From: Rhodothermaceae bacterium
GTDB lineage: Bacteria > Bacteroidota > Rhodothermia > Rhodothermales > Bin80
DNA: 64,000 bases
Assembly (NCBI GenBank): GCA_009838195.1
Contig: VXSC01000036.1
Span: forward strand, 157,300 to 221,299
Direction of reading: 5' to 3'
Shown: piece by piece, positions 1 through 9,609 of the stretch
How the letters are laid out: each line of letters starts with the position of its first letter
How positions within the stretch are numbered: position 1 is the first letter of the stretch
The notes under the pieces: generated by a model
The model's database searches: none
What the model was told of the DNA's origin: nothing
Seen by the model: only the letters and a program-made list of their open reading frames with translations
Position numbers and translations under genes: made by a program

Positions 1-2138
1 AAGATGTGCAGGAATGGTTTAAAGCATACTACGGCCCAAATAATGCCGTCATCTCAATTGCAGGTGATATTACGGTGGATGAAGCTCGTACACTGACTGA
101 AAAGTATTTTGGCGATATCCCTCCTGGACCACCAGTATCCCACTTTGATACGTGGATCGCCAAGCGTACAGGTGAACAGCGTGAGGCCATGCAGGATCGC
201 GTACCACAGGCACGAATCTACAAGGTTTGGAATGTGCCTGAACGCTATGCCAAAGATTTTCATCTTCTAGATCTTGCCTCAAGCGTCTTGTCCAGCGGCA
301 AGAACTCAAGATTCTACAAACGCTTGGTTTATACGGATCAGATTGCAACGGATGCCAATGCCTACCTGTATTCGGGCAGCATAGGTAGTCAGTTTATCAT
401 TCAGGCAACCGCCCGTCCAGGCTTATCGCTTGCGGATGTTGAAGCAGCCTTGGATGAAGAATTAGCTGCCTTTATTGCCGATGGACCCACGCCGGAAGAA
501 CTCCGCCGGATCATCACACAGGAGAAAGCAAGTTTCATTTATGGCATGGAACGTATTGGGGGCTTTGGTGGAAAATCTGATATCCTAGCATCTTCTGAAA
601 TTTACGGAGGTAACCCTGATGCATACCTTCAATCTTTCAACGACAAAGATGCTGCCGCTCCCGAGGATGTTCGTCGGGTAGCTGAAAAATGGCTCTCGGA
701 TGGTGTCTATGTGATGGAAGTCCATCCTTTCCCTGAACTTGCGGCAACAGCAGAAGGACAGGACCGGTCAACGTTACCCGAAACTGGCCCGGAACCCGAG
801 GTAAAATTCCCTCAATTACACCGGGCTACTCTCAGCAATGGGCTGGAAATTATTTTAGCAGAACGCAATACAATCCCCTCCGTTAACCTCACCCTGATCC
901 TTGACGCAGGCTATGCCTCGGACCAAGGAATCGCCCCGGGGACAGCTAGTATGGTCATGTCCATGCTAGACGAAGGCACCACTAGCCTTACTGCCCTGGA
1001 AATCAACGACCGGATTGCAAACCTTGGTGCGAATCTGAGTACTGGTACCGGTCTGGACGGCTCGTTCGTAAGTCTGGTATCTCTGACAGCCAACCTAGAG
1101 CCGAGCTTAGATCTCTTTGCTGATGTTATTCTCAATCCATCTTTCGCAGATTCAGAGTTTGACCGACTGAAATCAGAGCGACTGGCAGGAATTCAGAGAG
1201 AAAAAGTGAATCCCGTTCAGATGGCGCTGCGGGTCATGCCAGCTCTCTACTTCGGAACAGATCATGCATATAGCAACCCACTGACTGGCAGTGGCACAGA
1301 AGAGTCCGTTACGAACATGACACGTGAGGACCTCCAGACGTATCACAACACCTGGTTCAAACCGAATAATGCAACAATAATTGTTGTGGGAGACATTGAT
1401 TTAGACACCATCGTAGCACTTCTAGAAGCCCGTTTGAGTGAGTGGGAGCCCGCGGAAGTCCCGTCAAAAAATATTGCTTCCGTCTCGCACGAAGGTGGCT
1501 CACGCGTCTACCTGATGGATCGCCCTGAGGCCCAACAATCTATCATTCTGGCTGGCCACCTTGCACCTCCGCGGAATACACCAAATAATATTGGAATTGA
1601 GACAATGAATACAGTTCTTGGTGGTGCTTTTGTTTCACGCATCAATATGAATCTCCGCGAAGATAAGGGCTGGTCGTACGGAGCAAGTTCATTATTGCTT
1701 GCTGCCCGTGGGCAGCGCCCTTTCCTCGTGTATGCACCCGTACAGACGGACAAGACCAAGGAGTCAATGATGGAGATCAAAGCAGAATTGGAGGGCATCC
1801 TTGGGGACAACCCGGCAACCGAAGATGAAGTCCTTAAAGCACAGGAGAGTCAGACTCTGGCACTCCCAGGACTGTGGGAGACGAACGGATCGGTAGCCGG
1901 GAGTATACAGAACCTTGTCCAGTATGATTTGCCGGAGGATTACTATGAAACGTATCCTGGTAAGGTGCGTGCCCTGAATGTAGACACGATCGCGTCAGCC
2001 GCTGAGGAAGTCCTCAGGCCAAACAACATGATCTGGCTGATTGTGGGAGATTTGGATGTGATTGAGTCTGGCATTCAAGAACTGGGCTACGGACCGGTCA
2101 TAAAGCTTGATACAGAAGGAAACGTAATTGAAAACTGA
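1..2138 (+). CDS. M16 (insulinase/pitrilysin) family zinc peptidase, C-terminal ~710 aa; 5' end outside the window
   Basis: The reading frame is open to the left edge (in-frame GAT at 3-5 precedes the GTG at 6). YYGPNNAVISIAGDI is a typical M16 lobe motif. A second M16 lobe pair begins around LSNGLEIILAERNTIPSVNLTL, as in two-unit PqqL-like peptidases. Confidence 0.8.
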   Translation, partial: DVQEWFKAYYGPNNAVISIAGDITVDEARTLTEKYFGDIPPGPPVSHFDTWIAKRTGEQREAMQDRVPQARIYKVWNVPERYAKDFHLLDLASSVLSSGKNSRFYKRLVYTDQIATDANAYLYSGSIGSQFIIQATARPGLSLADVEAALDEELAAFIADGPTPEELRRIITQEKASFIYGMERIGGFGGKSDILASSEIYGGNPDAYLQSFNDKDAAAPEDVRRVAEKWLSDGVYVMEVHPFPELAATAEGQDRSTLPETGPEPEVKFPQLHRATLSNGLEIILAERNTIPSVNLTLILDAGYASDQGIAPGTASMVMSMLDEGTTSLTALEINDRIANLGANLSTGTGLDGSFVSLVSLTANLEPSLDLFADVILNPSFADSEFDRLKSERLAGIQREKVNPVQMALRVMPALYFGTDHAYSNPLTGSGTEESVTNMTREDLQTYHNTWFKPNNATIIVVGDIDLDTIVALLEARLSEWEPAEVPSKNIASVSHEGGSRVYLMDRPEAQQSIILAGHLAPPRNTPNNIGIETMNTVLGGAFVSRINMNLREDKGWSYGASSLLLAARGQRPFLVYAPVQTDKTKESMMEIKAELEGILGDNPATEDEVLKAQESQTLALPGLWETNGSVAGSIQNLVQYDLPEDYYETYPGKVRALNVDTIASAAEEVLRPNNMIWLIVGDLDVIESGIQELGYGPVIKLDTEGNVIEN

Positions 2139-2146
2139 CTCTCAAA

Positions 2147-2182
2147 CATCGGGTCGGGGGCATCCAAGCCCTCGACCCGATG
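2147..2182. terminator. 15-bp GC-rich hairpin between convergent genes (candidate bidirectional terminator)
   Basis: CATCGGGTCGGGGGC / GCCCTCGACCCGATG pair over 15 bp (one G-U) with a 6-nt loop. It lies 9 nt after the peptidase stop and 89 nt after the flotillin stop. On the minus strand it is followed by TTTGAGAG; there is no clean U-tract. Confidence 0.5.
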
Positions 2183-2270
2183 TACTTCGAGGCTAATTCA
2201 GGACAACGGGAGAACTACAGAGGCACCTTTCACAGATCCTCCCCACCTCCCGATCATCCAATCGGCCTAT

Positions 2271-3506
2271 CTACTCATCCTTTTCGGGGGCTCCCGATGC
2301 CCCGCTCAGCATTGTAGCAATATCAATTCCAGTTGATGCTTTGAGGCTCTCCAATAAAGCCGGGGTAGATCCGGCAATCTGGTTAAACACGGAAGGAACC
2401 CCTGTTCCATTGCCACTGTCAACGACTGTAAGTTTATCAATCGAAAGATTGTCAACAGTCTGAACTACCTGTTTCAATATATCCGGCAACATTTGGATCA
2501 GAAATAGTCGCTCGGCATTTGGGCCAGCCTCTTGCCAGAGTGCGAGTTTTTGGCGTAGAACTTCAACTTCCGCCTGCCCATCTTCGAAGATTCGAGCGGC
2601 GTTCCCTTTCGCAATTTCCTCCTTTGCCTGACGCTCTGCCTCGGCAGCCACAACCACATCTGCACGCTGCCTCTTCTCTGCCAATTCTATCTCTTCTATT
2701 GCAAGCTGCTGCCGGGCCTGCGCGGCCGAAACTTCGGCAGCAACATCAATACGGGCCTCCTCCGCAGCACTTTTGGCCGATAACTGCGCCTTCAGAATGC
2801 GCAGATCATTCTCTGCCTGCTCAATGCTCTTGTCCGCATTCGTTTCAGCGAGTCTTGCCTGTTCACGTTTTTCTGCCTCAGCAACCCGTGCTGCAGCAAT
2901 AATATGTGCAGACTGTTGACGCCCGATTGCATCTAGATATCCTGCATCATCTTCGACACTCTGGATTTTCATGGTATCCAGTTGTAATCCTAGGTTACTT
3001 AAGTCAATGTCGGCCTCGGCTAAGAGCTCTTTGGCAAATTTCAGTCGATCTTCATTCACTTCTTCCGGTGTGAGCGTTGCCAATACTCCCCGTAAATTAC
3101 CTTCCAGGGTTTCTTTCGCAATCATCTGGATTTCATGCGGGTCTTTACCCAGAAGCCGCTCAACGGCGTTCGCAAGCTCCGATTCGTTGGAGGCGACCTT
3201 CACGTTGGCAATCGCCCGCACAGTGAGCGGAATGCCTCCTTTGGAATACGCATTCTGAACCGTCAAGTCCAAAGGAATGGTGTTCAGGCGAATCCTATCA
3301 ACCTGCTCCAAAAGAGGAATTCTGAACCCACGCCCTCCCTTGATGAATCGGTAGCCTACCTTCGTTCCATCTGAAGTACTACGCCTGCGTCCACTGAAAA
3401 TGAGAACCTCGTTAGGTTGGCAGATTTTCAGGTTTGCCCGCACGATACCAAACACTGCAAGGATTGCCGTAACGAGAACTCCACTAATAACAACGATTGT
3501 TTCCAT
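2271..3506 (-). CDS. SPFH/band-7 flotillin-family protein (YqiK-like)
   Basis: N-terminal TM helix, SPFH core (IPLDLTVQNAYSKGGIPLTVRAIANVKV), then a long Ala/Glu/Gln-rich coiled coil typical of flotillins. It lies downstream of an NfeD/YqiJ-like gene. Confidence 0.85.
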   Translation of the reverse strand: METIVVISGVLVTAILAVFGIVRANLKICQPNEVLIFSGRRRSTSDGTKVGYRFIKGGRGFRIPLLEQVDRIRLNTIPLDLTVQNAYSKGGIPLTVRAIANVKVASNESELANAVERLLGKDPHEIQMIAKETLEGNLRGVLATLTPEEVNEDRLKFAKELLAEADIDLSNLGLQLDTMKIQSVEDDAGYLDAIGRQQSAHIIAAARVAEAEKREQARLAETNADKSIEQAENDLRILKAQLSAKSAAEEARIDVAAEVSAAQARQQLAIEEIELAEKRQRADVVVAAEAERQAKEEIAKGNAARIFEDGQAEVEVLRQKLALWQEAGPNAERLFLIQMLPDILKQVVQTVDNLSIDKLTVVDSGNGTGVPSVFNQIAGSTPALLESLKASTGIDIATMLSGASGAPEKDE

Positions 3507-3821
3507 TTTGAGAAATTGTATGATAACAGAGGCGGCTCAACTGGAATGAAGCACCTTCCAAGCCTTGAGTACGAAAACTACACTTCAATTCTGGTTGAGT
3601 TCGAGAATCACACTCTTAATTATGCTAAGAGCTTTTAGTTCGTTTAAACATGGCTCTTCAACGTCTACGGCCTAATACCACGGAGGAAAGTATATGAGAC
3701 CCGCAAGTATTTTCTAGCTGAACCGGAGCGAGACAAGTGCAGATGCAAACTGAAGCAACCCGTAGGCATGTCCGCTCGGAGTGCTCGACCCGCCTATCTA
3801 AGGACACAGCTTTAGGAAAAC

Positions 3822-4394
3822 TTATGTCTTCAATACCTCCGCTACGGCTCCCTCCATACGAACAACTACAACCTCCTCTCCTTGAACAAAGGCCTCTTCC
3901 GCTTCTTCAAATCCACGCGCCTTGAATTGCATACGCTGCCCTTTTGTTACCAAAACGATTTTTCCTACATCTGAACGCCCAAATGGAATGATCACTTTGG
4001 CGGTCCGGCCAGTGAGATCCGAAGATGTAACCTCACTGGAAATGTGTGCATAGCCAACACGCTTGATCACATAATTTCCGCCGATCCCAACCGTTAGGCC
4101 GACGGCCAGCGAAGCGAACAGTCGTACAATTTCATTCACGTTTGCAAAAGGCAATAACACGCCACACATACCAAAGAACGCTGCAAACAGAAAGATCGTA
4201 CGTACTGAGAATAGGTCAACCCAACCTGCTCCTACATCCGAATCCAATTCCATATCGGCGTCGAGGTCTGCGTCCAGATCCACATCTAGGTCCGCATCCA
4301 AGTCAGCATCAAGATCTGAGTCACCTCCACCGATCAAGGAAAGTAAAACAAAAACTCCACCAACAATGAGACTGATCCAATACAATGCGTCCAT
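3822..4394 (-). CDS. NfeD/YqiJ-like membrane protein (flotillin partner)
   Basis: TM helix, acidic (D-L/V-D-A)n run, two more TM helices and a C-terminal OB-fold-like segment (GRTAKVIIPFGRSDVGKIVLVTKGQRMQFKA). Its position upstream of flotillin matches nfeD-SPFH / yqiJ-yqiK pairs. Confidence 0.7.
   Translation of the reverse strand: MDALYWISLIVGGVFVLLSLIGGGDSDLDADLDADLDVDLDADLDADMELDSDVGAGWVDLFSVRTIFLFAAFFGMCGVLLPFANVNEIVRLFASLAVGLTVGIGGNYVIKRVGYAHISSEVTSSDLTGRTAKVIIPFGRSDVGKIVLVTKGQRMQFKARGFEEAEEAFVQGEEVVVVRMEGAVAEVLKT
4236..4322 (-). repeat. Coding low-complexity acidic repeat DSDLDADLDADLDVDLDADLDADMELDSD
   Basis: Directly visible 12-nt periodicity (gtc/atc-nnn) encoding alternating Asp-X residues in aa 25-53 of the NfeD-like protein. 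Confidence 0.9.
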
Positions 4395-4565
4395 TCCAAA
4401 TCGGGTACAAAACTACACCTGCAACCGAGTAGCACGCCAAGGGGTCCCAATTATTACCATCTCTTTCATGCCTTGCTCTGCAAAGAATACGCCCACTATT
4501 CACGATTCCAAAACACCCTCTGTTTGCGCCGCTGTTGGATTCATCGTGGGTCCCGAAACCTCGCG

Positions 4566-4611
4566 AACGAAAAAGCCGAGGCCCCTAGAGAAAAACCTCT
4601 GGGACCTCGGC
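4566..4611 (-). terminator. Rho-independent terminator downstream of amtB-glnK
   Basis: Minus strand reads GCCGAGGTCCCAGAGG-TTTTT-CTCTAGGGGCCTCGGC followed by TTTTTC. The stem is about 14 bp with one mismatch and one bulge. It lies about 230 nt after the glnK stop. Confidence 0.7.
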
Positions 4612-4844
4612 CGGTACTCTGACTCGCTCGAATGCGAAACTAAAATAGGAAATCGTGTCTCACTCTGTGACACAAAATGAGCTCATGGGGGATTCGTTAC
4701 TCATTGCCTGCCTTGGCAACTCCAGACATGGCTCCACACCCTTAGTCGGTGATTGGTTTATTCGCAGGTTGGTCATCCCAAATTCAACCAGTTTAACAAA
4801 CCTGTGCAGACAAGCCCCATAAGTTTCCGATACCATTCCCCTGA

Positions 4845-5195
4845 TCAACGTACAGGAGTCACCGCTGCCACATCCTCCTCTCTGGTTCGAACGCGAATTA
4901 CGCGTTCAGCCGGGAACACGAAAATCTTACCGTCACCGACATTACCTGTGGCTGCAGCACTGCAAATTGCGTCCACAGCAACATCAACAAAATCATCAGA
5001 GACACCGATGTCAATCATGAATTTATCTTTTAATTCCATTTTCGCGGTCGTGCCGCGATACGTTCCTACCACTTCTACTTCACCGCCATGCCCACGCACT
5101 TTCGAAACCGTCAGTCCGGTAATATCTGCTGCATAGAGGGCACGAAGTACGTCCGACAGCTTTGATGGCCGGATGATTGCTTTTACGAGTTTCAT
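4845..5195 (-). CDS. glnK: Nitrogen regulatory protein P-II (GlnK type)
   Basis: MKLVKAIIRPSKL...GDGKIFVFP is the classic P-II fold signature. I place the start at the internal ATG at 5195, 13 nt after the amtB stop; the ORF-track N-terminal extension overlaps amtB. Confidence 0.9.
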   Translation of the reverse strand: MKLVKAIIRPSKLSDVLRALYAADITGLTVSKVRGHGGEVEVVGTYRGTTAKMELKDKFMIDIGVSDDFVDVAVDAICSAAATGNVGDGKIFVFPAERVIRVRTREEDVAAVTPVR

Positions 5196-5208
5196 TTTAT
5201 TTGATGTT

Positions 5209-6573
5209 TTATTTGTTGCCGTTTTTGATACCATTGACGCGTGCAGGTGCCTCTGTCTCATGAAGCAGGACGGCCCCTTCTCCCGTTGCATATGCTTCTT
5301 CTCCATGCGCCACAAGATCCATCCCTAAGCCTTCATCAAAGGATTCAGCCCGCAAACCAACCACTAATCCAATCACCTTCAGAATGACATATGTCAAGCC
5401 GCCGCTATATACTGCAACGGCAGCAACGGACAAAGCCTGGATCCCAAGTTGTCCAAAATCCCCGCTGAAAAATAGCCCCTGAACATCTCCTCCAAATGCT
5501 GTTGTTGCCAACATTCCTGTCAATAATGCTCCCATAATTCCTCCCATACCATGGGCAGCAAACACATCCAACGAATCATCCAGGCTTGTTCTAGTGCGCC
5601 ATTTGATGATAAAATAGCTCGGGATTACCGCAATTGCTCCCAGGATGATCGCTCCTCCGGGGCTCACGAATCCTGCAGCCGGTGTGATGGCCACCAAGCC
5701 AACAACAATGCCTGTGGCAATGCCAACGGCCGTAACTTTTCCCGTGGTAAACTGATCCAACAGAGTCCAGACAAAAACACCGGCTGCCGGTGCAAGCAAT
5801 GTATTGACAAGCGCCAGAGCAGCAATCCCATCTGCTGCAAGCGCACTCCCACCATTAAATCCAAACCATCCAAACCAGAGAACACCAGCCCCCAGAAGTA
5901 CGAAGGGGACATTATGAGGCAGAAGTGCTTCCCGCCCATAATCCTTGCGCGGGCCCAGCACCCGTGCGGCCACTATCGCTGCAATTCCTGCATTTACATG
6001 GACAACTGCACCCCCGGCAAAGTCCAAGGCACCGAGTTCACCGAGCCATCCACCTCCCCACACCCAATGGCACACTGGTGCATAGACGATCAACCCCCAG
6101 AGACCAATGAATATGACATAAGGGATAAATTTCATTCGCTCAACAACTGCACCAGATATGAGCGCGGCAGTAATGATGGCAAACGTTCCCTGAAATCCCA
6201 TGAAAAGCATGTCCGGGATTGTACCATTGGGATCCAACCCAACACCGCTTAGAAAAGCCATTGAGAGATCGCCAAACCAGGCATTCCCTGAGCCAAATGC
6301 AAGCGAATATCCAGCAATTGCCCACAGTGTGCCGGAAACCCCCAGAGCCACAAAGCTCATCATCATTGTATTGAGTGCATTCTTCGAACGGACAAGCCCG
6401 CCGTAAAAGAACGCCAGCGCGGGGGTCATCAGCAAAACAAGAGCCGTGGAAATCAGCAACCACGCCGTATCTGCACCGCTGATAGAAGCTACTGCATCTG
6501 CTTCTTGGGCAAAAGCTGAGAAAGGCATCAGCAGACCCAATCCTGCCAATGCATAAAGTTTTTTATAAGGCAT
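5209..6573 (-). CDS. amtB: Ammonium transporter AmtB
   Basis: Signal peptide followed by 11 TM helices. Amt family motifs are present: FFYGGLVR, DFAGGAVVHVNAG, VFAAHGMGGIMGALLTG. Confidence 0.95.
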   Translation of the reverse strand: MPYKKLYALAGLGLLMPFSAFAQEADAVASISGADTAWLLISTALVLLMTPALAFFYGGLVRSKNALNTMMMSFVALGVSGTLWAIAGYSLAFGSGNAWFGDLSMAFLSGVGLDPNGTIPDMLFMGFQGTFAIITAALISGAVVERMKFIPYVIFIGLWGLIVYAPVCHWVWGGGWLGELGALDFAGGAVVHVNAGIAAIVAARVLGPRKDYGREALLPHNVPFVLLGAGVLWFGWFGFNGGSALAADGIAALALVNTLLAPAAGVFVWTLLDQFTTGKVTAVGIATGIVVGLVAITPAAGFVSPGGAIILGAIAVIPSYFIIKWRTRTSLDDSLDVFAAHGMGGIMGALLTGMLATTAFGGDVQGLFFSGDFGQLGIQALSVAAVAVYSGGLTYVILKVIGLVVGLRAESFDEGLGMDLVAHGEEAYATGEGAVLLHETEAPARVNGIKNGNK

Positions 6574-6796
6574 TGTTTTCCAGATTTATTAAGGACGAAG
6601 CAAGTAAAGACCGCAATAATTTAGGAAAAATAATTACAATAGCCAAACAATTCAGGAAATTTTTGTGTTTTTCCGACTGTTTTTAAGAAAAATTGTTTAC
6701 TTTCGGGGGGACAGACAACCCCGCAAGTCTTGACATGCACCCAGTGAAACCGTCTGCCGCTTTGGTCTACTCCGTAAAGGGGTGGGCTGTGAGTCC

Positions 6797-7990
6797 TTAA
6801 TCGGAGTTCATGATGAACAGAGGGGCATCCTGGAGATCCTTGAAATTGGGACGAAGCCGCTCAACATTATAGAATTTTTCAATATCCACCACTTTGTGTG
6901 GTCCGTTAATGACTTCCATCGAGATATTTCCATACACCCCATTACGAATATTCACCAAACGCCCCGATGTGCCTTCCAGAATTAAATCCAGAGCTAAATT
7001 ACCATACGCCATCGGTACGACAGAATCCAAGGCATCCGGCACTCCACAACGCACCAAATATCCCAGTCGCTGATTCACAACATTGATCCGTTTACCCTGA
7101 TTATAAGTTGGTGATCGCTCCTTCAATTCTTTGCCAACCCGATCTCCAATTCCTCCTAGCTTCGCGTGCCCGTACTGGTCCTTCTCAGATCCCAGAAAGG
7201 ACATCTCATCATCCCCTCTGATTTTTGCCCCCTCAGAAACCAATACGACAGAGTAGCGGCTGGGATGTCGATTCCGATCGTAGACCATCAGGTCCGTTAA
7301 TTTATCCATATTAAAATCGATTTCGGGTATCACACAGCGATCCGCTGCACCAGCCATTGCTGGCAAAAGTGCCGAATAACCCGCATAACGACCAAAAACT
7401 TCAATGACCAGAAAGCGCTCATGTGACCCTGCGGAGGTCCGCAGCGTATTGGCCAATTCAATCGTCCTGGTCACGCATGTACCGAACCCGATACAATAAT
7501 CCGTACCGGGCACATCATTGTCCATGGTTTTAGGGATTGCCACGACCTTCACACCTTCTTTGTGTAAGCGGTAACCATAGCTAAGCGTGTCATCTCCCCC
7601 AATTGGGATGAGATAATCAATGCCAAGGTATTCAATGTTCGAGAGTACTGCGGCGGTGACATCATTAATCTCATCCTTGAACTGATCCCGCAAGTGTGCC
7701 GGCAGCGTACTCTTCGGCAGGTGGCTTGGCCGCGTGCGTGAGCTATGTAAGAATGTCCCCCCTGTGCGTGCAGCTGCATTCACTATGGACTCCTTAAGTT
7801 CTTGCACACTTCCTGAGTTGTCCACCTCGGGATCCTGAACAAGATCGACCAGTCCTGCCCATCCTCGCTTGATTCCGAGTACCCTGTATCCTTCACGTAG
7901 TGCACGAACGGTGACAGCACGAATTGCCGGGTTCAATCCCGGCACATCGCCACCACCGGTAAGGATTCCGATTGTACCTTTGTAGGCCAT
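6797..7990 (-). CDS. pfp: 6-phosphofructokinase, probably pyrophosphate-dependent
   Basis: GILTGGGDVPGLNPAIRAV, IGGDDTLSY and IPKTMDNDV are PFK motifs. The start is set at ATG 7990 (MAYKGTIGILTGGGD); the ORF-track 56-aa extension has no PFK similarity. Confidence 0.85.
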   Translation of the reverse strand: MAYKGTIGILTGGGDVPGLNPAIRAVTVRALREGYRVLGIKRGWAGLVDLVQDPEVDNSGSVQELKESIVNAAARTGGTFLHSSRTRPSHLPKSTLPAHLRDQFKDEINDVTAAVLSNIEYLGIDYLIPIGGDDTLSYGYRLHKEGVKVVAIPKTMDNDVPGTDYCIGFGTCVTRTIELANTLRTSAGSHERFLVIEVFGRYAGYSALLPAMAGAADRCVIPEIDFNMDKLTDLMVYDRNRHPSRYSVVLVSEGAKIRGDDEMSFLGSEKDQYGHAKLGGIGDRVGKELKERSPTYNQGKRINVVNQRLGYLVRCGVPDALDSVVPMAYGNLALDLILEGTSGRLVNIRNGVYGNISMEVINGPHKVVDIEKFYNVERLRPNFKDLQDAPLFIMNSD

Positions 7991-8161
7991 GATGAATTGT
8001 ATTTCAGTAGGTTGATTTCTTCGAAAATTACGACACGACAGGCAATCGGTTACACCGCTTACAAAATGATAATCTTGGCAAATCCGTTTTTCGCGCAAAT
8101 TCGGGAAGATTTTTTCTGATGAATCGTCTAAGCAGCTAAAGAATTTGATATTTTTCAACTC

Positions 8162-8584
8162 ATGCGTCGTACATCCTACTTCCCGTGCTTTATTCTGCTC
8201 TTGAGTGGACTACTTTTTGTCCAGAGTGGTTTCGCCCAGCGAGGACCACGGGGGCCACGCATTAACTCACCAGAAATGCAGGAGACCCTCGTTGACACAC
8301 TGATCTCCACGCTTGAGGTTGCGGATGAACTGGTCCCAGCGGTTCGTGCAATCTTGGAAGCTCGGACAAATTCTTTGATGGCACTTCGCCCTGAGCCCGG
8401 CGGAGGTCGCGGCCAGTTTCAAGCTATGCGTGCCAAACGTCAGGCAATCAACCAGGAAACCGAAACCGCACTTGCAGCGCTTTTGACGCCTGAGCAAATG
8501 ACCTCGTACCGAAAATTTATGGACGATCAGTCCCGAGAACGAAGACAACAAATGCGTCGCAGAAATCAAGAGGATCGCCCATAA
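8162..8584 (+). CDS. Secreted LTXXQ-motif (Spy/CpxP-like) periplasmic protein
   Basis: Signal peptide (FILLLSGLLFVQSGFAQ), helical and basic composition, one LTPEQM motif. The family call is tentative. Confidence 0.5.
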   Translation: MRRTSYFPCFILLLSGLLFVQSGFAQRGPRGPRINSPEMQETLVDTLISTLEVADELVPAVRAILEARTNSLMALRPEPGGGRGQFQAMRAKRQAINQETETALAALLTPEQMTSYRKFMDDQSRERRQQMRRRNQEDRP

Positions 8585-8675
8585 CCTCTACTTTTGATTA
8601 TGGATAGATCCGCTTGCCGTTGGGAAAAGGACACCGAAGAAATGGTCTCGTGTCAAGGAAAAATGAACTGTAACG

Positions 8676-9257
8676 TTGAGTCGTGAAAAAGTGGGAACCA
8701 TTTCTTCAGATGAAATCTTGCTTGACCGCGCACGAAAAGGAGATCAGAATGCATTTCGTGAGATACTTGAACAACATCAACATACCGTGGCTCGTACCGT
8801 CGCGGGTATGCTTGGCAACACCTCTGAAGTGGATGATGTGGTTCAAGTCGTCTTCATTCGATTTTATAAAACACTTCACCGGTTTCGCGGAGAGGCAGCC
8901 TGTCGTACTTACCTCACACGGATTGCGATTAATGCATCCCTTGATGTTCTTCGACGACGAAAAAACCTGCGTTCACGATTCATCAGCCGGGATGATGAAA
9001 AAATGATGCTTCCTGAACCTGGAGCCTATGATTCTGAATCAGAACGCTTTGATCGGATACAACTCATTAATTCAGCGATGAATCAACTTAAACCCCACCA
9101 CCGTGCAGTCGTTGTGCTTCGGTTGATTGACGGATACTCCGTTATCGAGACTGCCGAACTACTTGGAATCGCCCAAGGTACGGTAATGTCCAGACTGAGC
9201 CGTGCGACCGCTCATCTGCGCACGATCTTAGGCCCCATCCTTGAAGAAGAGAATTAG
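8676..9257 (+). CDS. ECF-type RNA polymerase sigma-70 factor
   Basis: Region 2 (AFREILEQHQHTVARTVAGMLGN...DDVVQVVFIRFYK) and region 4 HTH (SVIETAELLGIAQGTVMSRLSRA). TTG start at 8676; GTG at 8691 is an alternative. Confidence 0.85.
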   Translation: MSREKVGTISSDEILLDRARKGDQNAFREILEQHQHTVARTVAGMLGNTSEVDDVVQVVFIRFYKTLHRFRGEAACRTYLTRIAINASLDVLRRRKNLRSRFISRDDEKMMLPEPGAYDSESERFDRIQLINSAMNQLKPHHRAVVVLRLIDGYSVIETAELLGIAQGTVMSRLSRATAHLRTILGPILEEEN

Positions 9258-9273
9258 ACATGTCACTCGTCCC

Positions 9274-9609
9274 ATGAAAGATCCTCGCTTACATACCTTA
9301 CTCCAGGAGGCGGCGGAAATCAATGCTGAATTCAATACTCAGCCGTTCCTTCCTGATCGAATCATGCGAAAGGTCCGAACAATCAACCCGTCGGAAGAGC
9401 AGTTTTTTCAAATGATCTGGTTTGCTTTCAAGCCCGTCATCCTCGCGAGTGCACTTTTTGTCTTGGGGTTTCTCTCCTACAACACATTTATCAGCCGTAG
9501 CTATGAGGTCCCCCCGACAACGACAGAAATTGTCTTCGGCCTGCAGCCTCTGACACTTACGACCGCCTATTCCACAGATTTGGACGAATCCCCGTCAACA
9601 ATCCCATGA
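9274..9609 (+). CDS. Single-pass membrane protein, putative anti-sigma factor
   Basis: It sits immediately after the ECF sigma gene, has one TM helix (FKPVILASALFVLGFLSY) and no zinc-binding anti-sigma motif. The function is positional inference only. Start set at ATG 9274. Confidence 0.4.
   Translation: MKDPRLHTLLQEAAEINAEFNTQPFLPDRIMRKVRTINPSEEQFFQMIWFAFKPVILASALFVLGFLSYNTFISRSYEVPPTTTEIVFGLQPLTLTTAYSTDLDESPSTIP

Noticed and set aside
4845-5315. N-terminal extensions proposed by the ORF track for glnK (to 5315), pfp (to 8158), macA (from 9889), clpB (to 24605), GH32 (from 33125) and nitrilase (from 42335).
   Set aside because: The extensions overlap neighbouring genes or lack homology-like sequence. 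Internal ATGs coincide exactly with the conserved family N-termini (MKLVKAII, MAYKGTIGILTGGGD, MRFSIIV, MNLNNYT, MALRFRNF signal peptide, MSDSFLRVASIQ).
5551-6252. 233-aa plus-strand ORF inside amtB, and similar antisense ORFs inside the BNR-repeat protein gene (45251-45886), clpB (23542-24051), cusA and valS.
   Set aside because: Each is fully embedded antisense in a gene with unambiguous family motifs, has odd composition (Cys/Arg/Ser/Pro-rich) and has no motif of its own.
6574-6796. Candidate promoter or nitrogen-regulator site upstream of amtB (AT-rich, TTTGG...TAAATTATTG on the minus strand) and the hairpin CGGGG-N10-CCCCG at about 6704-6723.
   Set aside because: Matches to the Bacteroidota -33/-7 consensus are imperfect, and I cannot define a regulator-binding motif from a single sequence. 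The evidence is too weak to annotate.
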